From the NCBI GenBank assembly GCA_965203465.1, contig CBDBCR010000001.1, positions 428,060-460,059 on the forward strand: a DNA stretch of 32,000 nt, given 5' to 3'. Positions 23,167 through 32,000 of the stretch are shown here, one piece after another. Position 1 is the stretch's first letter. Each line of letters starts with the position of its first letter. The notes beneath the pieces were generated by a model. The model worked only from the letters and a program-made list of their open reading frames with translations. It was not told the DNA's origin and searched no databases. The translations under genes and the position numbers were made by a program. Origin of the DNA: Nitrosopumilaceae archaeon. GTDB lineage: Archaea; Thermoproteota; Nitrososphaeria; Nitrososphaerales; Nitrosopumilaceae.

Positions 23167-23915
23167 CTCGTAGCCTCCTTGAGGCGGCCGGCGAGGCCGG
23201 CCGGATCCGGCGACCTTATCAGGGCGCTGCCGACTATGACCGCGTCGGCGCCGGCGCGCACGCACGCGCGCACGTCTGCCGGCTCCGAGACGCCGAAGCC
23301 TATGCCGACGGGCAGCCCCGTCGACGCCCTGGCCCTGCGCAGCGCCGAGGCCGCGTGCGAGGCCACGCCGGCCCGCCCGCCGGTCGTGCCGTACGCTGCG
23401 ACCACGTACACAAAGCCGCTCGAGGCAGAAGCTATGCGGGCCATGCGGGCGGGCTGCGTGTTGGGGGCCGCAAGGAATATCGTGTCCAGCCTGCCGCGCG
23501 CGGCCCTCCTGTACTCGGATTCCTCGGGGGGCATGTCGGGCACCACCATGCCGTCGATGCCCGCCTCGGCGGCCTCGCCGGCGAACCTTTCGTAGCCGTG
23601 CCGGTGCAGCACGTTTGCGTACGTCATCAGTATCAGCGGCGCGTCGGTTTTTCCGCGTATCCTCTTGGCGGTCCTGAAGAACGCGGCGCGGCGCGCCCCC
23701 GCCTTTAGCGACTTTTCGGCCGCTTCCTGTATGACCGGCCCGTCGGCGAGCGGATCGGAGAACGGGAACCCCAGCTCGAGCATGTCGGCCCCGCCGCCTA
23801 GCAGCGAGAGGGCCGACTTTTCCGAGGCGCGCGCGGCGCCGGCCATGGTGTACGCTATCAGGGCACGCTCGCCCCTGCCGGACAGCTCAGAGAAGAGCTC
23901 GCCTATGCGCGTCAC
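23163..23915 (-). CDS. trpA: Tryptophan synthase alpha chain
   Basis: C-terminal 250 aa of track ORF 23163..24728. [18 protein letters not shown] motif. GTG start overlaps the trpB stop (GTGA). Confidence 0.9.
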   Translation of the reverse strand: MTRIGELFSELSGRGERALIAYTMAGAARASEKSALSLLGGGADMLELGFPFSDPLADGPVIQEAAEKSLKAGARRAAFFRTAKRIRGKTDAPLILMTYANVLHRHGYERFAGEAAEAGIDGMVVPDMPPEESEYRRAARGRLDTIFLAAPNTQPARMARIASASSGFVYVVAAYGTTGGRAGVASHAASALRRARASTGLPVGIGFGVSEPADVRACVRAGADAVIVGSALIRSPDPAGLAGRLKEATR

Positions 23916-25081
23916 GGCCGCCCGCCCGAGTATTTCTGGATCATCTCGACGTCCTTGTCCCCGCGACCCGACAGGGTCACCACTATGGTGTCGGACTTTT
24001 TGCCCCCGCGCGCCATCTTTACGGCCCCGGCCACCGCGTGGGCCGACTCGAGGGCCGGTATGATCCCCTCGGTCTCGGAGAGCGTCCTGAACGCGGCGAC
24101 GGCCTCGGCATCGGTCACGGCAGAATACGAGGCCCTGCCCGTCTCCTTGAGGTGCGCGTGCTCGGGCCCCACGCCAGGGTAGTCGAGGCCCGCGGACAGG
24201 CTGTGCGTCTGGAGCACCTGCCCGTCGCCGTCCTGCAGCAGGTACGACTTCATGCCGTGCAGTATGCCGGCGCTGCCCGCCGAGAGCGTGGCCGAGTGGC
24301 GCCCGCCGCGCAGCCCCGAGCCGCCGGCCTCGAAGCCTGCGAGTTTCACCCCGTCGCGCAGCATCGGGTAGAACGACCCTATGGCGTTGGAGCCGCCCCC
24401 GACGCAGGCCACCACGGCGCCGGGCAGCCGGCCGGTCTGCGCGACCGACTGCGCCTTTATCTCCCTGCCTATTACGCTCTGAAAGTCCCTGACCATGCGG
24501 GGGTACGGGTGGGGCCCGACCGCCGAGCCCAAAAGGTAGTACGTGCTCTTTACGTTGGCTATCCAGTCGCGTATGGCCTCGTTTATGGCGTCCTTTAGCG
24601 TCCGGGAACCGGACCGCACCGGCCTGACCGTCGAGCCGAGCAGCTCCATGCGGAACACGTTGAGCTTTTGCCTGACCGTGTCCTTGTGCCCCATGTACAC
24701 CTCGGCGGACCTGCCGAGCGCCGCGCACGCCATTGCCGTGGCCACGCCGTGCTGCCCGGCGCCGGTCTCGGCGATTATCCTCTTTTTGCCCATCCTCTCG
24801 GCGAGCAGCGCCTGGCCGAGCGTGTTGTTTATCTTGTGGGCGCCGCCGTGCAGCAGATCCTCGCGCTTTAGGTATATGCGCGAGCCGCCCACCCTGCGCG
24901 TCAGGTTCTCGGCGTAGTGCAGCGGGGTCGGCCTGCCTGCCCCCCTCAGCAGCTTTGCCAGGCGGGCCCTGAAGCGCGGGTCGGCCCTGGCCTCGAGGTA
25001 CTCGGATTCGAGCTCTTGGAGCGCGGGCACCAGCGTCTCTGGGACGTACGAGCCGCCGAACCTGCCGAACGCGCCCCTCAA
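23912..25081 (-). CDS. trpB: Tryptophan synthase beta chain
   Basis: Track ORF 23912..25165. HGGAHKINN and GGGSNAIG motifs. TTG 25081 overlaps the trpC stop (TTGA). Confidence 0.9.
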   Translation of the reverse strand: MRGAFGRFGGSYVPETLVPALQELESEYLEARADPRFRARLAKLLRGAGRPTPLHYAENLTRRVGGSRIYLKREDLLHGGAHKINNTLGQALLAERMGKKRIIAETGAGQHGVATAMACAALGRSAEVYMGHKDTVRQKLNVFRMELLGSTVRPVRSGSRTLKDAINEAIRDWIANVKSTYYLLGSAVGPHPYPRMVRDFQSVIGREIKAQSVAQTGRLPGAVVACVGGGSNAIGSFYPMLRDGVKLAGFEAGGSGLRGGRHSATLSAGSAGILHGMKSYLLQDGDGQVLQTHSLSAGLDYPGVGPEHAHLKETGRASYSAVTDAEAVAAFRTLSETEGIIPALESAHAVAGAVKMARGGKKSDTIVVTLSGRGDKDVEMIQKYSGGRP

Positions 25082-25821
25082 AGCGCGCCCACCATCTCGG
25101 ATACGCGGGCGCCGATGTCGCCGGACATGACCGAGGTGCCCACCAGCAGCGCGTCGGCCCCGCACGCGCGCAGGCGGCGCACGTCTTCTGCCGTCCGCAC
25201 GCCGCTTTCGGCCACCAGGGGCGCCCCGGAGAACCCGCGCGCCAGTCTGCAGAACAGGCCGGGGTCTATCTTCAGCGTGTCCAGGTCGCGGCTGTTGACG
25301 CCGATGACGTCCGCGCCGGCCTGCCGCGCGCTCTCCATCTCTTTTCCGGTGTGCACTTCCAAGAGCACGTCCAGTCCCCTTTTATGTCCATGCTCGAGAA
25401 GCTCCGCCATGTTTTCGGCGTGGCCCGCGTCGAAGACCGCCTGTATGAGCAGCACGCAGTCGGCGCCGGCCGAGGCGCCCGCGTCTATCTGCTCTTTTTC
25501 CACCACGATGTCCTTCATCAGCAGCGGGACGTCCACCGCGCGCCGCGCGGCGGCCAGGTTCTCCACTGAGCCGCCGAACAGGTGCGGCTGCGTGAGCACC
25601 GATATGGCGCGCGCGCCGGCGCCGGCCATGGCCTCGGCCGCGCGGGCGGGGTCGCCCGACGCTATGCGTCCCATCGACGGGGATGCATACTTTATCTCGG
25701 CTATTATGGACGGCGAGGCCAGCGCGGCGGCCATGGACCGCGAGCCGGCCAGCCCGTGCCTTTTTTTGTACGCGCCCTCGTCGAGCGCCCTGTAAGAGTT
25801 GGCCACCAGCCGGGCCAGCAT
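25078..25821 (-). CDS. trpC: Indole-3-glycerol phosphate synthase
   Basis: ORF track 247 aa. [15 protein letters not shown] and EVH motifs. Start is 1 nt after the trpD stop. Confidence 0.9.
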   Translation of the reverse strand: MLARLVANSYRALDEGAYKKRHGLAGSRSMAAALASPSIIAEIKYASPSMGRIASGDPARAAEAMAGAGARAISVLTQPHLFGGSVENLAAARRAVDVPLLMKDIVVEKEQIDAGASAGADCVLLIQAVFDAGHAENMAELLEHGHKRGLDVLLEVHTGKEMESARQAGADVIGVNSRDLDTLKIDPGLFCRLARGFSGAPLVAESGVRTAEDVRRLRACGADALLVGTSVMSGDIGARVSEMVGAL

Positions 25822-25822
25822 G

Positions 25823-26782
25823 TCAGCCGTTCCTTATCACCTCGAGCAGCTCGGGCCTCCCGGCGTCGGCCACGAACTCGTCCAGCTTTCTGGCCGCGGC
25901 CCCGGATCTTACCGCCTCGGCGGACATCCCGACGCCCTCTTTTACGGAAGAAGCGGCGCCGGCCACGAACAGGCCCGCGCCCGCGTTGAAGGCGGCCGTC
26001 TGCCAGACGGCCGGCGGCGCGGTGCCGTCTACGGCCCCCGCAAAGGCCGAAAGCGCCTCGGCCCTGCCGGACACGCGCAGCTCTTCGGGCCTGCAGCGCT
26101 GCAGCCCCACGTCCTCGGGCGAGACGGTGCCGCGCTCCGAGGCGCCGGCCGTTTCCAGCGCGTAGCTGCACGCGCAGCTTGCGACGAGCTCGTCGGCGCC
26201 GTCCTCCGAGCAGACGGCCATGGCCGTCTTTGCGCCCCTGCCGGCGAGCAGCCTGGCCATCCTTTCGGGGCCGAACCCCGGCGCCACCCCGACGAGCTGA
26301 GCCGCGACGCCGGCCGGGTTGGCCAGAGGGCCCAGCAGGTTGAACGCGGTGCGCCCGCCGGCCCTGCGCCTCGCGCCGGCCACGCGCTTCATGGCGGGGT
26401 GGAACCGGGGGGCGAACATGAAGCATATGCGGTGCCTCGAGAGCAGCTCTTGCACTCTGCGGGGGCCCGCGCCGAGGTCGCACCCGAGCGCCTCGAAGAC
26501 GTCGGCGCTGCCGCACGCCCCCGAACTGGACCTGTTGCCGTGCTTTGCCACCGAGCAGCCGGCCGCCGCGGCCACGAAGGACGCCGCCGTCGATACGTTG
26601 AACGTGCCGGCGCCGTCGCCGCCGGTCCCGCACATGTCGATGGCCTCGGCCGGGCCCCACCTGCACGCGCGCCCGTCCACCGCCTCGAGCATGCCGAGCA
26701 GCTCCTCGTCGGTCTCGCCCCTGTCGGCCATGGAGCGCAAAAGCTCGGCGCACTCGGCCTCGGGCATGTCCCCCGAGAGCAT
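25823..26782 (-). CDS. trpD: Anthranilate phosphoribosyltransferase
   Basis: ORF track 319 aa. CGTGGDG and KHGNRS motifs. The true start may be upstream at a non-canonical codon (see findings). Confidence 0.85.
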   Translation of the reverse strand: MLSGDMPEAECAELLRSMADRGETDEELLGMLEAVDGRACRWGPAEAIDMCGTGGDGAGTFNVSTAASFVAAAAGCSVAKHGNRSSSGACGSADVFEALGCDLGAGPRRVQELLSRHRICFMFAPRFHPAMKRVAGARRRAGGRTAFNLLGPLANPAGVAAQLVGVAPGFGPERMARLLAGRGAKTAMAVCSEDGADELVASCACSYALETAGASERGTVSPEDVGLQRCRPEELRVSGRAEALSAFAGAVDGTAPPAVWQTAAFNAGAGLFVAGAASSVKEGVGMSAEAVRSGAAARKLDEFVADAGRPELLEVIRNG

Positions 26783-26819
26783 GCGCGAGGCGGCCTCGCG
26801 CGCGCCGGCGCGGCCCAGC

Positions 26820-27413
26820 TCAGCCGTGGCGGCGCGCCTCCCGCAGGAAGTTTTCCAGTATTTTCTTGCCGTGCTCGGTCATGACCGATTCGGGGTGGAA
26901 CTGCACGCCTACTATCGGGTGCTCTTTGTGGCGCACGGCCATGACCTCGCCGTCGTCGGCCGCCGTGGCGGTCACCTCGAGCGAGTCGGGTATGGACGTC
27001 TTTTCGCCCACCAGCGAGTGGTAGCGCGTGGCGCGGAACGGATCGGGGACCCCCTCGAAGAGGCCGTCGCCCGCGTGCCGTATCATGCTCGTCTTGCCGT
27101 GCCTCACGCAGCCGGCGTTTGCCACCCTGCCGCCGAACGCGTGTATTATCCCCTGGTGGCCCAGGCAGACGCCGAGCAGCGGCACGCGCGGGCCGGCCGA
27201 GCGTATTATGTCGGCGCACTGGCCAAAGTGCCTCTTTTGCTCGGGCGTGCCCGGGCCCGGCGATATCACCACGGCCCCGTACCCGCCCGAGGCCGCCTCT
27301 GCGGCCGTCACCCTGTCGTTGCGCACGACTTGCGGCTCGGCGCCAAGCTCGCCTAGGTACTGCGCTATGTTGTACACGAACGAGTCGTAGTTGTCCACGA
27401 CGAGCACCCTCAA
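26820..27413 (-). CDS. trpG: Anthranilate synthase component II (glutamine amidotransferase)
   Basis: C-terminal 197 aa of track ORF 26820..27578. GVCLGHQ and FHPES motifs. TTG 27413 overlaps the trpE stop (TTGA). Confidence 0.9.
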   Translation of the reverse strand: MRVLVVDNYDSFVYNIAQYLGELGAEPQVVRNDRVTAAEAASGGYGAVVISPGPGTPEQKRHFGQCADIIRSAGPRVPLLGVCLGHQGIIHAFGGRVANAGCVRHGKTSMIRHAGDGLFEGVPDPFRATRYHSLVGEKTSIPDSLEVTATAADDGEVMAVRHKEHPIVGVQFHPESVMTEHGKKILENFLREARRHG

Positions 27414-28759
27414 GGCGGGCCCCCCCGCAGCGCCTGGATCATGGCGCCGGCCTTGTCCTGCGTCTCCTGCAGCTCGTTTTCCGGCACCGAATCCGAGACG
27501 ATGCCGGCGCCCGACTGCACGTAGCCGCGCGCGCCGTCGATGAATATGCTGCGTATGGCTATGGCAAAGTCGCAGCACCCGTTGAACCCAAAGTACCCCA
27601 CGGCCCCCGCGTACCCGCCGCGCGGGCCCGGCTCGAGCTCGTCGATTATCTCCATGGCCCGCACCTTGGGGGCCCCCGAGACGGTGCCTGCAGGAAAGAC
27701 CGACCTGAACGCGTCGAACATGTCGCGGCCCGGCTCGAGCTCGCCGGTTATGTGGCTGACTATGTGCTGCACGTGGCTGAAGCGCCTGATGGCAAACGAC
27801 TCCCGGGGCCTGACGGTGCCGTACCTGCAGACCCTGCCCACGTCGTTCCTGCCCAGATCGACGAGCATGGTGTGCTCGGCCCTCTCTTTTTCGTCCGCGA
27901 GCAGCTCCGAGGCCAGCCGCGCGTCCTCTTTCTCGTCGCCCGTGACCGGGCGCGTGCCCGCTATGGGGAACGTCTCGACCGTGGAGCCGGAGACGCGCAC
28001 GAGCATCTCGGGCGAGGCGCCCACCGTGCGCCTCTTGCCGTGCCTGACGTGGTACATGTACGGCGACGGGTTGAGCCGGCGCAGGCGGGAGTACAGCTCC
28101 AGCTCGTCGCCCTCCGCGTCGAACGAAAACCTGCGCGACAGCACCACCTGGAAGACGTCGCCGTCGTGCACGTACTCTTTGGCCTTTCGGACCGAGTTTA
28201 TGTAATGGCCGGGGGCCTCCTCGGCCCGGGCCTCGGCGGCGGCGAACTTCCCAAAGCCGGGCTCTTGGCAGAGGGTGCCGGACCTGTCCTGGCCGTAGTG
28301 AAAGTAGAACGCCCTGCCCCGCGCGTTGTCGTAGAGCACGCCGTCGTCGTATATGCCGAACTCGAAGAGCGGGCCCGCCTCGCCGTGCGAATCGGGTATC
28401 TTTTCGAGCAGGCGGACCGCGCCGTAGCTTACCGTGCCCACCGCGCCCCCCAAATACCTGTACGAGCGGTCCGGGTTGCTGCCCAGCATCTTTTTGAGCT
28501 CGTCGAGCGGATCGGCGCAGTCCAGCGTGCGGGACCTGCCGCCCCTCTCCGAGATCTCCAGCCTGCCGGGGTACCCGCGGACCAGCGCGGCCGGATCGAA
28601 TCCCATGACCGAGGTCTCTGCTAGCTCGCCGGGGCCGGTCAGCGATTCGAACAGGAAAGAGTGGGAGCAGCCGCGCGCCGCGGCGCTGTACATTTCGAAC
28701 TGGTCGCGCCGCGTCTCAAGCGGCACGAGGCGAGGTGCCCCGTCTCCAAAGGCGTCCAC
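27410..28759 (-). CDS. trpE: Anthranilate synthase component I
   Basis: ORF track 449 aa, GTG start. Chorismate-binding domain motifs are present (GAPKVRAMEII, GGYAGAVGYF). Confidence 0.9.
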   Translation of the reverse strand: MDAFGDGAPRLVPLETRRDQFEMYSAAARGCSHSFLFESLTGPGELAETSVMGFDPAALVRGYPGRLEISERGGRSRTLDCADPLDELKKMLGSNPDRSYRYLGGAVGTVSYGAVRLLEKIPDSHGEAGPLFEFGIYDDGVLYDNARGRAFYFHYGQDRSGTLCQEPGFGKFAAAEARAEEAPGHYINSVRKAKEYVHDGDVFQVVLSRRFSFDAEGDELELYSRLRRLNPSPYMYHVRHGKRRTVGASPEMLVRVSGSTVETFPIAGTRPVTGDEKEDARLASELLADEKERAEHTMLVDLGRNDVGRVCRYGTVRPRESFAIRRFSHVQHIVSHITGELEPGRDMFDAFRSVFPAGTVSGAPKVRAMEIIDELEPGPRGGYAGAVGYFGFNGCCDFAIAIRSIFIDGARGYVQSGAGIVSDSVPENELQETQDKAGAMIQALRGGPP

Positions 28760-28862
28760 CCATGGGTGGGCGGCGGCCGCGGTTCATATTTAAACCGTGG
28801 ACAGCGGCCCCGGCCCGGGGCGCTTTGCAAATGTTAATTACCGTGTGCCCCGCCGGCGCCCC

Positions 28863-29255
28863 GTGGCATCCTCGCCGTCGGCAAAGTGGGAATCCAAGGT
28901 CAGCGCGCTGCGCAAAAAGTGCCAGGCTGCGGCCTCGCTGTCCGCCAAGATAAGGTACGTGGGCGTGATCAACGAGTTCGGGCGCACCATGACCGGGGCG
29001 CTGCGCCCGGGCACCGTGCCCATACTGGACAAGCGCCACACGCACAACGAGTTCTTCATCATGTCGAGCCTGCTGAACATGCGCAGCGGGTCGGTCAGGC
29101 CGCTTGGTAGGCTCGACCACATGACGCTGCAGCACGACAAGGTCTACGTGGTGGTGATACCTGACGGGCGCAACATCTTTTACGTCTCGATAGACGTGGA
29201 CGTGCGCAACATATCGAACCTGATACTAAAGATCAAGAAAAAGATATCCGGCTAG
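28863..29255 (+). CDS. Conserved hypothetical protein (possible roadblock/LC7-like fold, weak)
   Basis: Track ORF 28797..29255. Start was moved to GTG 28863 because GTTAATTA lies ~27 nt upstream. High GC3. KIRYVGVINEFGRTMTG...KVYVVVIPDG pattern. Confidence 0.55.
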   Translation: MASSPSAKWESKVSALRKKCQAAASLSAKIRYVGVINEFGRTMTGALRPGTVPILDKRHTHNEFFIMSSLLNMRSGSVRPLGRLDHMTLQHDKVYVVVIPDGRNIFYVSIDVDVRNISNLILKIKKKISG

Positions 29256-29257
29256 CC

Positions 29258-29662
29258 TCAGATCGGGGTGAACCCGTGGTATCCGCCGGTCTGCTGCGTC
29301 TGATCTTCGAACTTTGGCTCGAACAGCGAGACGTGGTACCCGTCCGGATCCTCTACTATGGCGTGCTTGCCAGCGGTCCTGTCGGTTATGTCCTTGTGGA
29401 CGCGCGCGCCCTTTGCCTTCAGCTCGCCTAGCGCCGACTCTATGTCGCCCACCAGGAACCCGACCATGATGCCGCCGCCCCGGCCGCCCTCGGAGTCGAG
29501 CGAGGCGGGGTGGAGGCTGAGCAGCGCGCCGCCGGTACCCAGGTCCACCCACGAGCGCCGCTGGTTGCGGATGGGGAGCCCTATGGTGCCGTGGTAAAAG
29601 TCGATGGACCTGTCCAAGTCCTCGACGGCCAGTATCACGTTGCCTACTTTTTTGACGTTCAC
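29258..29662 (-). CDS. VOC-family protein (glyoxalase/bleomycin-resistance/dioxygenase fold)
   Basis: ORF track 134 aa, GTG start. LAVEDLDRSIDFYHGTIGL...AIVEDPDGYHVSLFE pattern. Confidence 0.8.
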   Translation of the reverse strand: MNVKKVGNVILAVEDLDRSIDFYHGTIGLPIRNQRRSWVDLGTGGALLSLHPASLDSEGGRGGGIMVGFLVGDIESALGELKAKGARVHKDITDRTAGKHAIVEDPDGYHVSLFEPKFEDQTQQTGGYHGFTPI

Positions 29663-29699
29663 TGGGTACCCCCTCCGTGCCGGGCCATAAAAACCGAAC

Positions 29700-29918
29700 C
29701 TACTGTACCTCCACCATGGTCTCGGTCCTCTCCACGCCGCGTATCCTCTGGATCTCGGTGATTACCTCCTTTATCTGGGCCAGCGTGTCCGCCTCTATGA
29801 CGGCCACCGCGTCGAACTGCCCGCTGGTCGGAAACGAGTCGCGCACCCCGGCGGTCTTGCGCAGCCGGGCCGCGATCAGCTTTTTGGGCGAGTTTACCAG
29901 CACGACCGCCTTTACCAA
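29700..29918 (-). CDS. Stand-alone Lrp/AsnC-type RAM (ligand-binding) domain protein, copy 2
   Basis: C-terminal 72 aa of track ORF 29700..30140. TTG 29918 overlaps the end of copy 1 by 7 nt. LVKAVVLVNSP...FDAVAVIEADTLAQIKEVITEIQRIRGVERTETMVEV. Confidence 0.65.
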   Translation of the reverse strand: MVKAVVLVNSPKKLIAARLRKTAGVRDSFPTSGQFDAVAVIEADTLAQIKEVITEIQRIRGVERTETMVEVQ

Positions 29919-30151
29919 CCCAGGTTCACCTCCACCTCTATGAGGGTCTCTGTGGTCTCTATCTCCTTGACCCTTTTGAGGTCGATGACGGTCTTGTTTA
30001 TCTCGTCCATGGAGCCGGAGAGCATGAGGCAGATGTCGGCCCTGCCCGCCACCACCATTATCTCCTTGGATATGCGCCGCCTCTTCCTGAGAACGGCGGT
30101 GACCGTGTCCACCTGCCCCGGCTTTACCGAGATCATGCACAGCGCCCTCAC
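29912..30151 (-). CDS. Stand-alone Lrp/AsnC-type RAM (ligand-binding) domain protein, copy 1
   Basis: ORF track 79 aa, GTG start. ISVKPGQVDTVTAVL...ADICLMLSGSMDEINKTVIDLKRVKEIETTETLIEV. Confidence 0.7.
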   Translation of the reverse strand: MRALCMISVKPGQVDTVTAVLRKRRRISKEIMVVAGRADICLMLSGSMDEINKTVIDLKRVKEIETTETLIEVEVNLGW

Positions 30152-30187
30152 GGGTACCTGTATGGGGGCCGGCAGTGATAAGGTTTG

Positions 30188-30355
30188 CTAGTCGGACGCC
30201 TCTTGCGAGCGCGCCTCCTCCAGGTACGCCCGCCTCTCCTCGTTGACCTTGTCCTGGTCTATGGACAGGTCGTCGTCTACTATGACGATGCCGCTGTCCG
30301 GCGAGGGGTCAGAGCTCTTGGGCTTTTTGGCCTTTTTCTCCTTTTTGGCAGCCAT
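30188..30355 (-). CDS. 55-aa charged protein (Lys-rich N-terminus, acidic C-terminus), hypothetical
   Basis: Internal ATG 30355 of track ORF 30188..30706. MAAKKEKKAKKPKSSDPSPDSGIVIVDDDLSIDQDKVNEERRAYLEEARSQEASD. High GC3. GTTTTAATAAC box lies ~30 nt upstream. Confidence 0.5.
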   Translation of the reverse strand: MAAKKEKKAKKPKSSDPSPDSGIVIVDDDLSIDQDKVNEERRAYLEEARSQEASD

Positions 30356-30402
30356 CGTGCGGCTCTTTTTGCCCGCCGCGTTATTAAAACTTGACCGGAG
30401 TC

Positions 30403-30505
30403 GGGCTTTGTTCGGCAATTCGTATTTTCGTGCCTGCGCAGTAGCCGGATCGGCCAAAAAACGGCTCCGTTCAGGCACGGATCGCGGAATTACCGAACAA
30501 AGCCC
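30403..30505 (+). mobile_element. 103-bp MITE-like / rod-hairpin element with 19-nt terminal inverted repeats
   Basis: GGGCTTTGTTCGGCAATTC (30403-30421) pairs with GAATTACCGAACAAAGCCC (30487-30505), 18/19 complementary. Nested pairs are CGTGCCTG (30429-36)/CAGGCACG (30472-79) and AGCCG (30443-47)/CGGCT (30462-66). A second, decayed copy lies at 8072-8162. Confidence 0.6.
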
Positions 30506-30517
30506 CTCTGCGCTGAC

Positions 30518-30527
30518 CTTTATTACG
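30518..30527 (+). promoter_or_regulatory. TATA-like box for ileS
   Basis: CTTTATTACG, centred ~26 nt upstream of GTG 30548. Confidence 0.5.
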
Positions 30528-30547
30528 GCGCCGCGCGGGCCGGGGCC

Positions 30548-32000
30548 GTGGAAAAGGACTTCGACCCCAAGGCCATAGAGGCGGAAACGCGCGCTAGGCT
30601 GCCAGTCCAGGAGCAGAGGCGCCTGGTGGCCGCGTCCGAGCTCTCCGGGACGGTCGGCTTCGTCGAGGGGCCGCCCACCATGAACGGCACGCCGCACGCC
30701 GGCCACCTACGGGGCCGCATAATAAAGGACGTCTGGTACCGGCATTCGACGCTGTCCGGCAGGCGCGTGCGCTTCGAGGCCGGATGGGACGCGCAGGGGC
30801 TGCCCGTCGAGCTGCAGGCCCAAAAGGAGCTGGGCGTCTCGGGCTCAAAGTCGGAGCTGATGGCAAAAGTCGGCGCCGAGGGGCTGGCCGCAAAGTGCAA
30901 GGAGCTGGTACACCGGTACCAGAAAGAGTGGGCCGAGGCAGACGAGCTGCTCGGCGTCTCGCTGGGCCAGGAGGGGGCGTACTGGACGTACCGCGACGAG
31001 TACATCGAAAAAGAGTGGCAGGTGCTCCGGCGCGGGCTGGAGCGGGGCATACTGGAGCAGGACTACACGGTGGTCGCCTACTGCCCCAGCTGCCAGACCT
31101 CGCTGAGCCACGCCGAGGTCAACCAGGGGTACGAGGAGGTCGAGGATCCGTCGATGTACTACAAGGTCCGGCTAGCCGGGCGCGACGAGTACCTCGTAGT
31201 GTGGACTACCATGCCGTTCACGCTGGTCACCGACGCCATGATAGGGCTGGATCCGGACGAGACGTACTGCCGCGTGCGCGTCGGATCCGAAAAGTGGGTA
31301 GTGGGCGGCTCGCGCCTCGGGCCGCTCATGGAAGAGCTCGGCCTCGGGTACGAAGTCGAGTCGCGCGCGCCCGGCTCTTCGTTCGAGGGGCTAAAGTACG
31401 AGCACCCGCTGCTGGACGTACTGCCCAGGCTGGCCGAGCTCGCGCGCGGGCCAAAGTACCACGTGGCCGTGTGCGAAAAGTTCGTCGACGCGGGAGCGGG
31501 CAGCGGCCTGGTCCACCTCTCGCCCGCAAACGGCGAGGAGGACATGGCGGCTGCCTCGAGGCGCGGCGTGGATGTGTTCTGCCCGATCGACGACGAGGTC
31601 CGCTTCACGGAAGACGCGGGCCCCTACGCGGGCCTGCAGGTGCGCGAAGCCGACGCGGCGGTCGCGCGCGATCTGGAGGCGCGCGGGGCGCTGGTGCGCC
31701 TCGGCAGGCTGCGCCACAAGTACCCGCTGTGCTGGAGGTCGCGCCACCCCGTCGTCTGGCTCGCCCGCCGGGGCTGGTTCTACAAGCTGGACCGGCTGGG
31801 CGACGCGGCCGTAAAGGCGGCCGAATCGGTGCAGTACTATTACGAGCAGCCGCGCAACCGGTTTCTGTCCATCGTGCGCGAGCGCCACCCGTGGTGCGTA
31901 TCGCGCGAGCGCGCCTGGGGGACGCCGCTGCCAGCCTGGAAGTGCTCCGGGTGCGGCAAGCACACGTGGATGTTCTCGCGCGAGCAGATAGTGCGGGCCG
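30548..32000 (+). CDS. ileS: Isoleucyl-tRNA synthetase (N-terminal ~484 aa; continues past the window)
   Basis: Not in ORF track because it is partial. Translation from GVG-adjacent GTG 30548 reads VEKDFDPKAIEAETRARL...GPPTMNGTPHAGHLRGRIIKD (HIGH-type motif)...AYCPSCQTSLSHAEV...WCVSRERAWGTPLP. The frame is open to 32000. Confidence 0.9.
   Translation, partial: MEKDFDPKAIEAETRARLPVQEQRRLVAASELSGTVGFVEGPPTMNGTPHAGHLRGRIIKDVWYRHSTLSGRRVRFEAGWDAQGLPVELQAQKELGVSGSKSELMAKVGAEGLAAKCKELVHRYQKEWAEADELLGVSLGQEGAYWTYRDEYIEKEWQVLRRGLERGILEQDYTVVAYCPSCQTSLSHAEVNQGYEEVEDPSMYYKVRLAGRDEYLVVWTTMPFTLVTDAMIGLDPDETYCRVRVGSEKWVVGGSRLGPLMEELGLGYEVESRAPGSSFEGLKYEHPLLDVLPRLAELARGPKYHVAVCEKFVDAGAGSGLVHLSPANGEEDMAAASRRGVDVFCPIDDEVRFTEDAGPYAGLQVREADAAVARDLEARGALVRLGRLRHKYPLCWRSRHPVVWLARRGWFYKLDRLGDAAVKAAESVQYYYEQPRNRFLSIVRERHPWCVSRERAWGTPLPAWKCSGCGKHTWMFSREQIVRA

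Noticed and set aside
27119-28624. 501-aa plus-strand ORF antisense to trpE/trpG (also 25704..26753, 25799..26884 and 26389..27219 around trpD)
   Set aside because: These are shadow ORFs antisense or off-frame to clearly identified trp genes. Their composition is junk-like.

Overview
Dense, high-GC archaeal chromosome segment, roughly mid-60s % GC judged by eye. Archaeal identity rests on r-proteins L39e, L31e and S26e, aSUI1, Sec61-beta and archaeal-type IleS. A degenerate FtsZ paralogue, a NirK-family copper protein and F420 genes cofD/cofC suggest a high-GC thaumarchaeon (Nitrososphaerota, Cenarchaeum-like); that assignment is inference only. I call about 43 protein genes and 2 tRNAs (Ile-GAU, Ala-UGC). 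They include a complete trpE-G-D-C-B-A operon without trpF, pyrG, nadK, an operon of class II fumarase/aspartase + MiaB-like methylthiotransferase + FtsZ-like gene, and a partial ileS. Two edge-truncated genes are absent from the ORF track: a family-5 ABC substrate-binding protein at 1-1369 and ileS at 30548-32000. Many long track ORFs are GC-driven shadow ORFs or 5'-over-extended. I re-set starts using homology, stop/start overlaps (ATGA, GTGA, TTGA) and a recurring A/T-rich TATA-like box about 25-31 nt upstream of the start codon, which implies mostly leaderless mRNAs with many GTG/TTG starts. Most notable findings: (1) a ~100-bp inverted-repeat, rod-hairpin element in two same-orientation copies (30403-30505 intact, 8072-8162 decayed), each just upstream of a core promoter; (2) an AT-richer ~1.2 kb insert-like gap after rpl31e carrying an orphan AbrB/SpoVT-like gene and 427 bp with no convincing ORF; (3) a HEPN-motif (RNxxAH) gene translationally coupled to trpA; (4) a wHTH + B12-binding-like regulator lacking the His ligand; (5) a NAD kinase-wHTH fusion; (6) L31e with a 3 x 57-bp repeat tail; (7) two small unannotated transcription units. 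All coordinates and translations were derived by hand. No database search was possible, so family assignments rest on recognised motifs.
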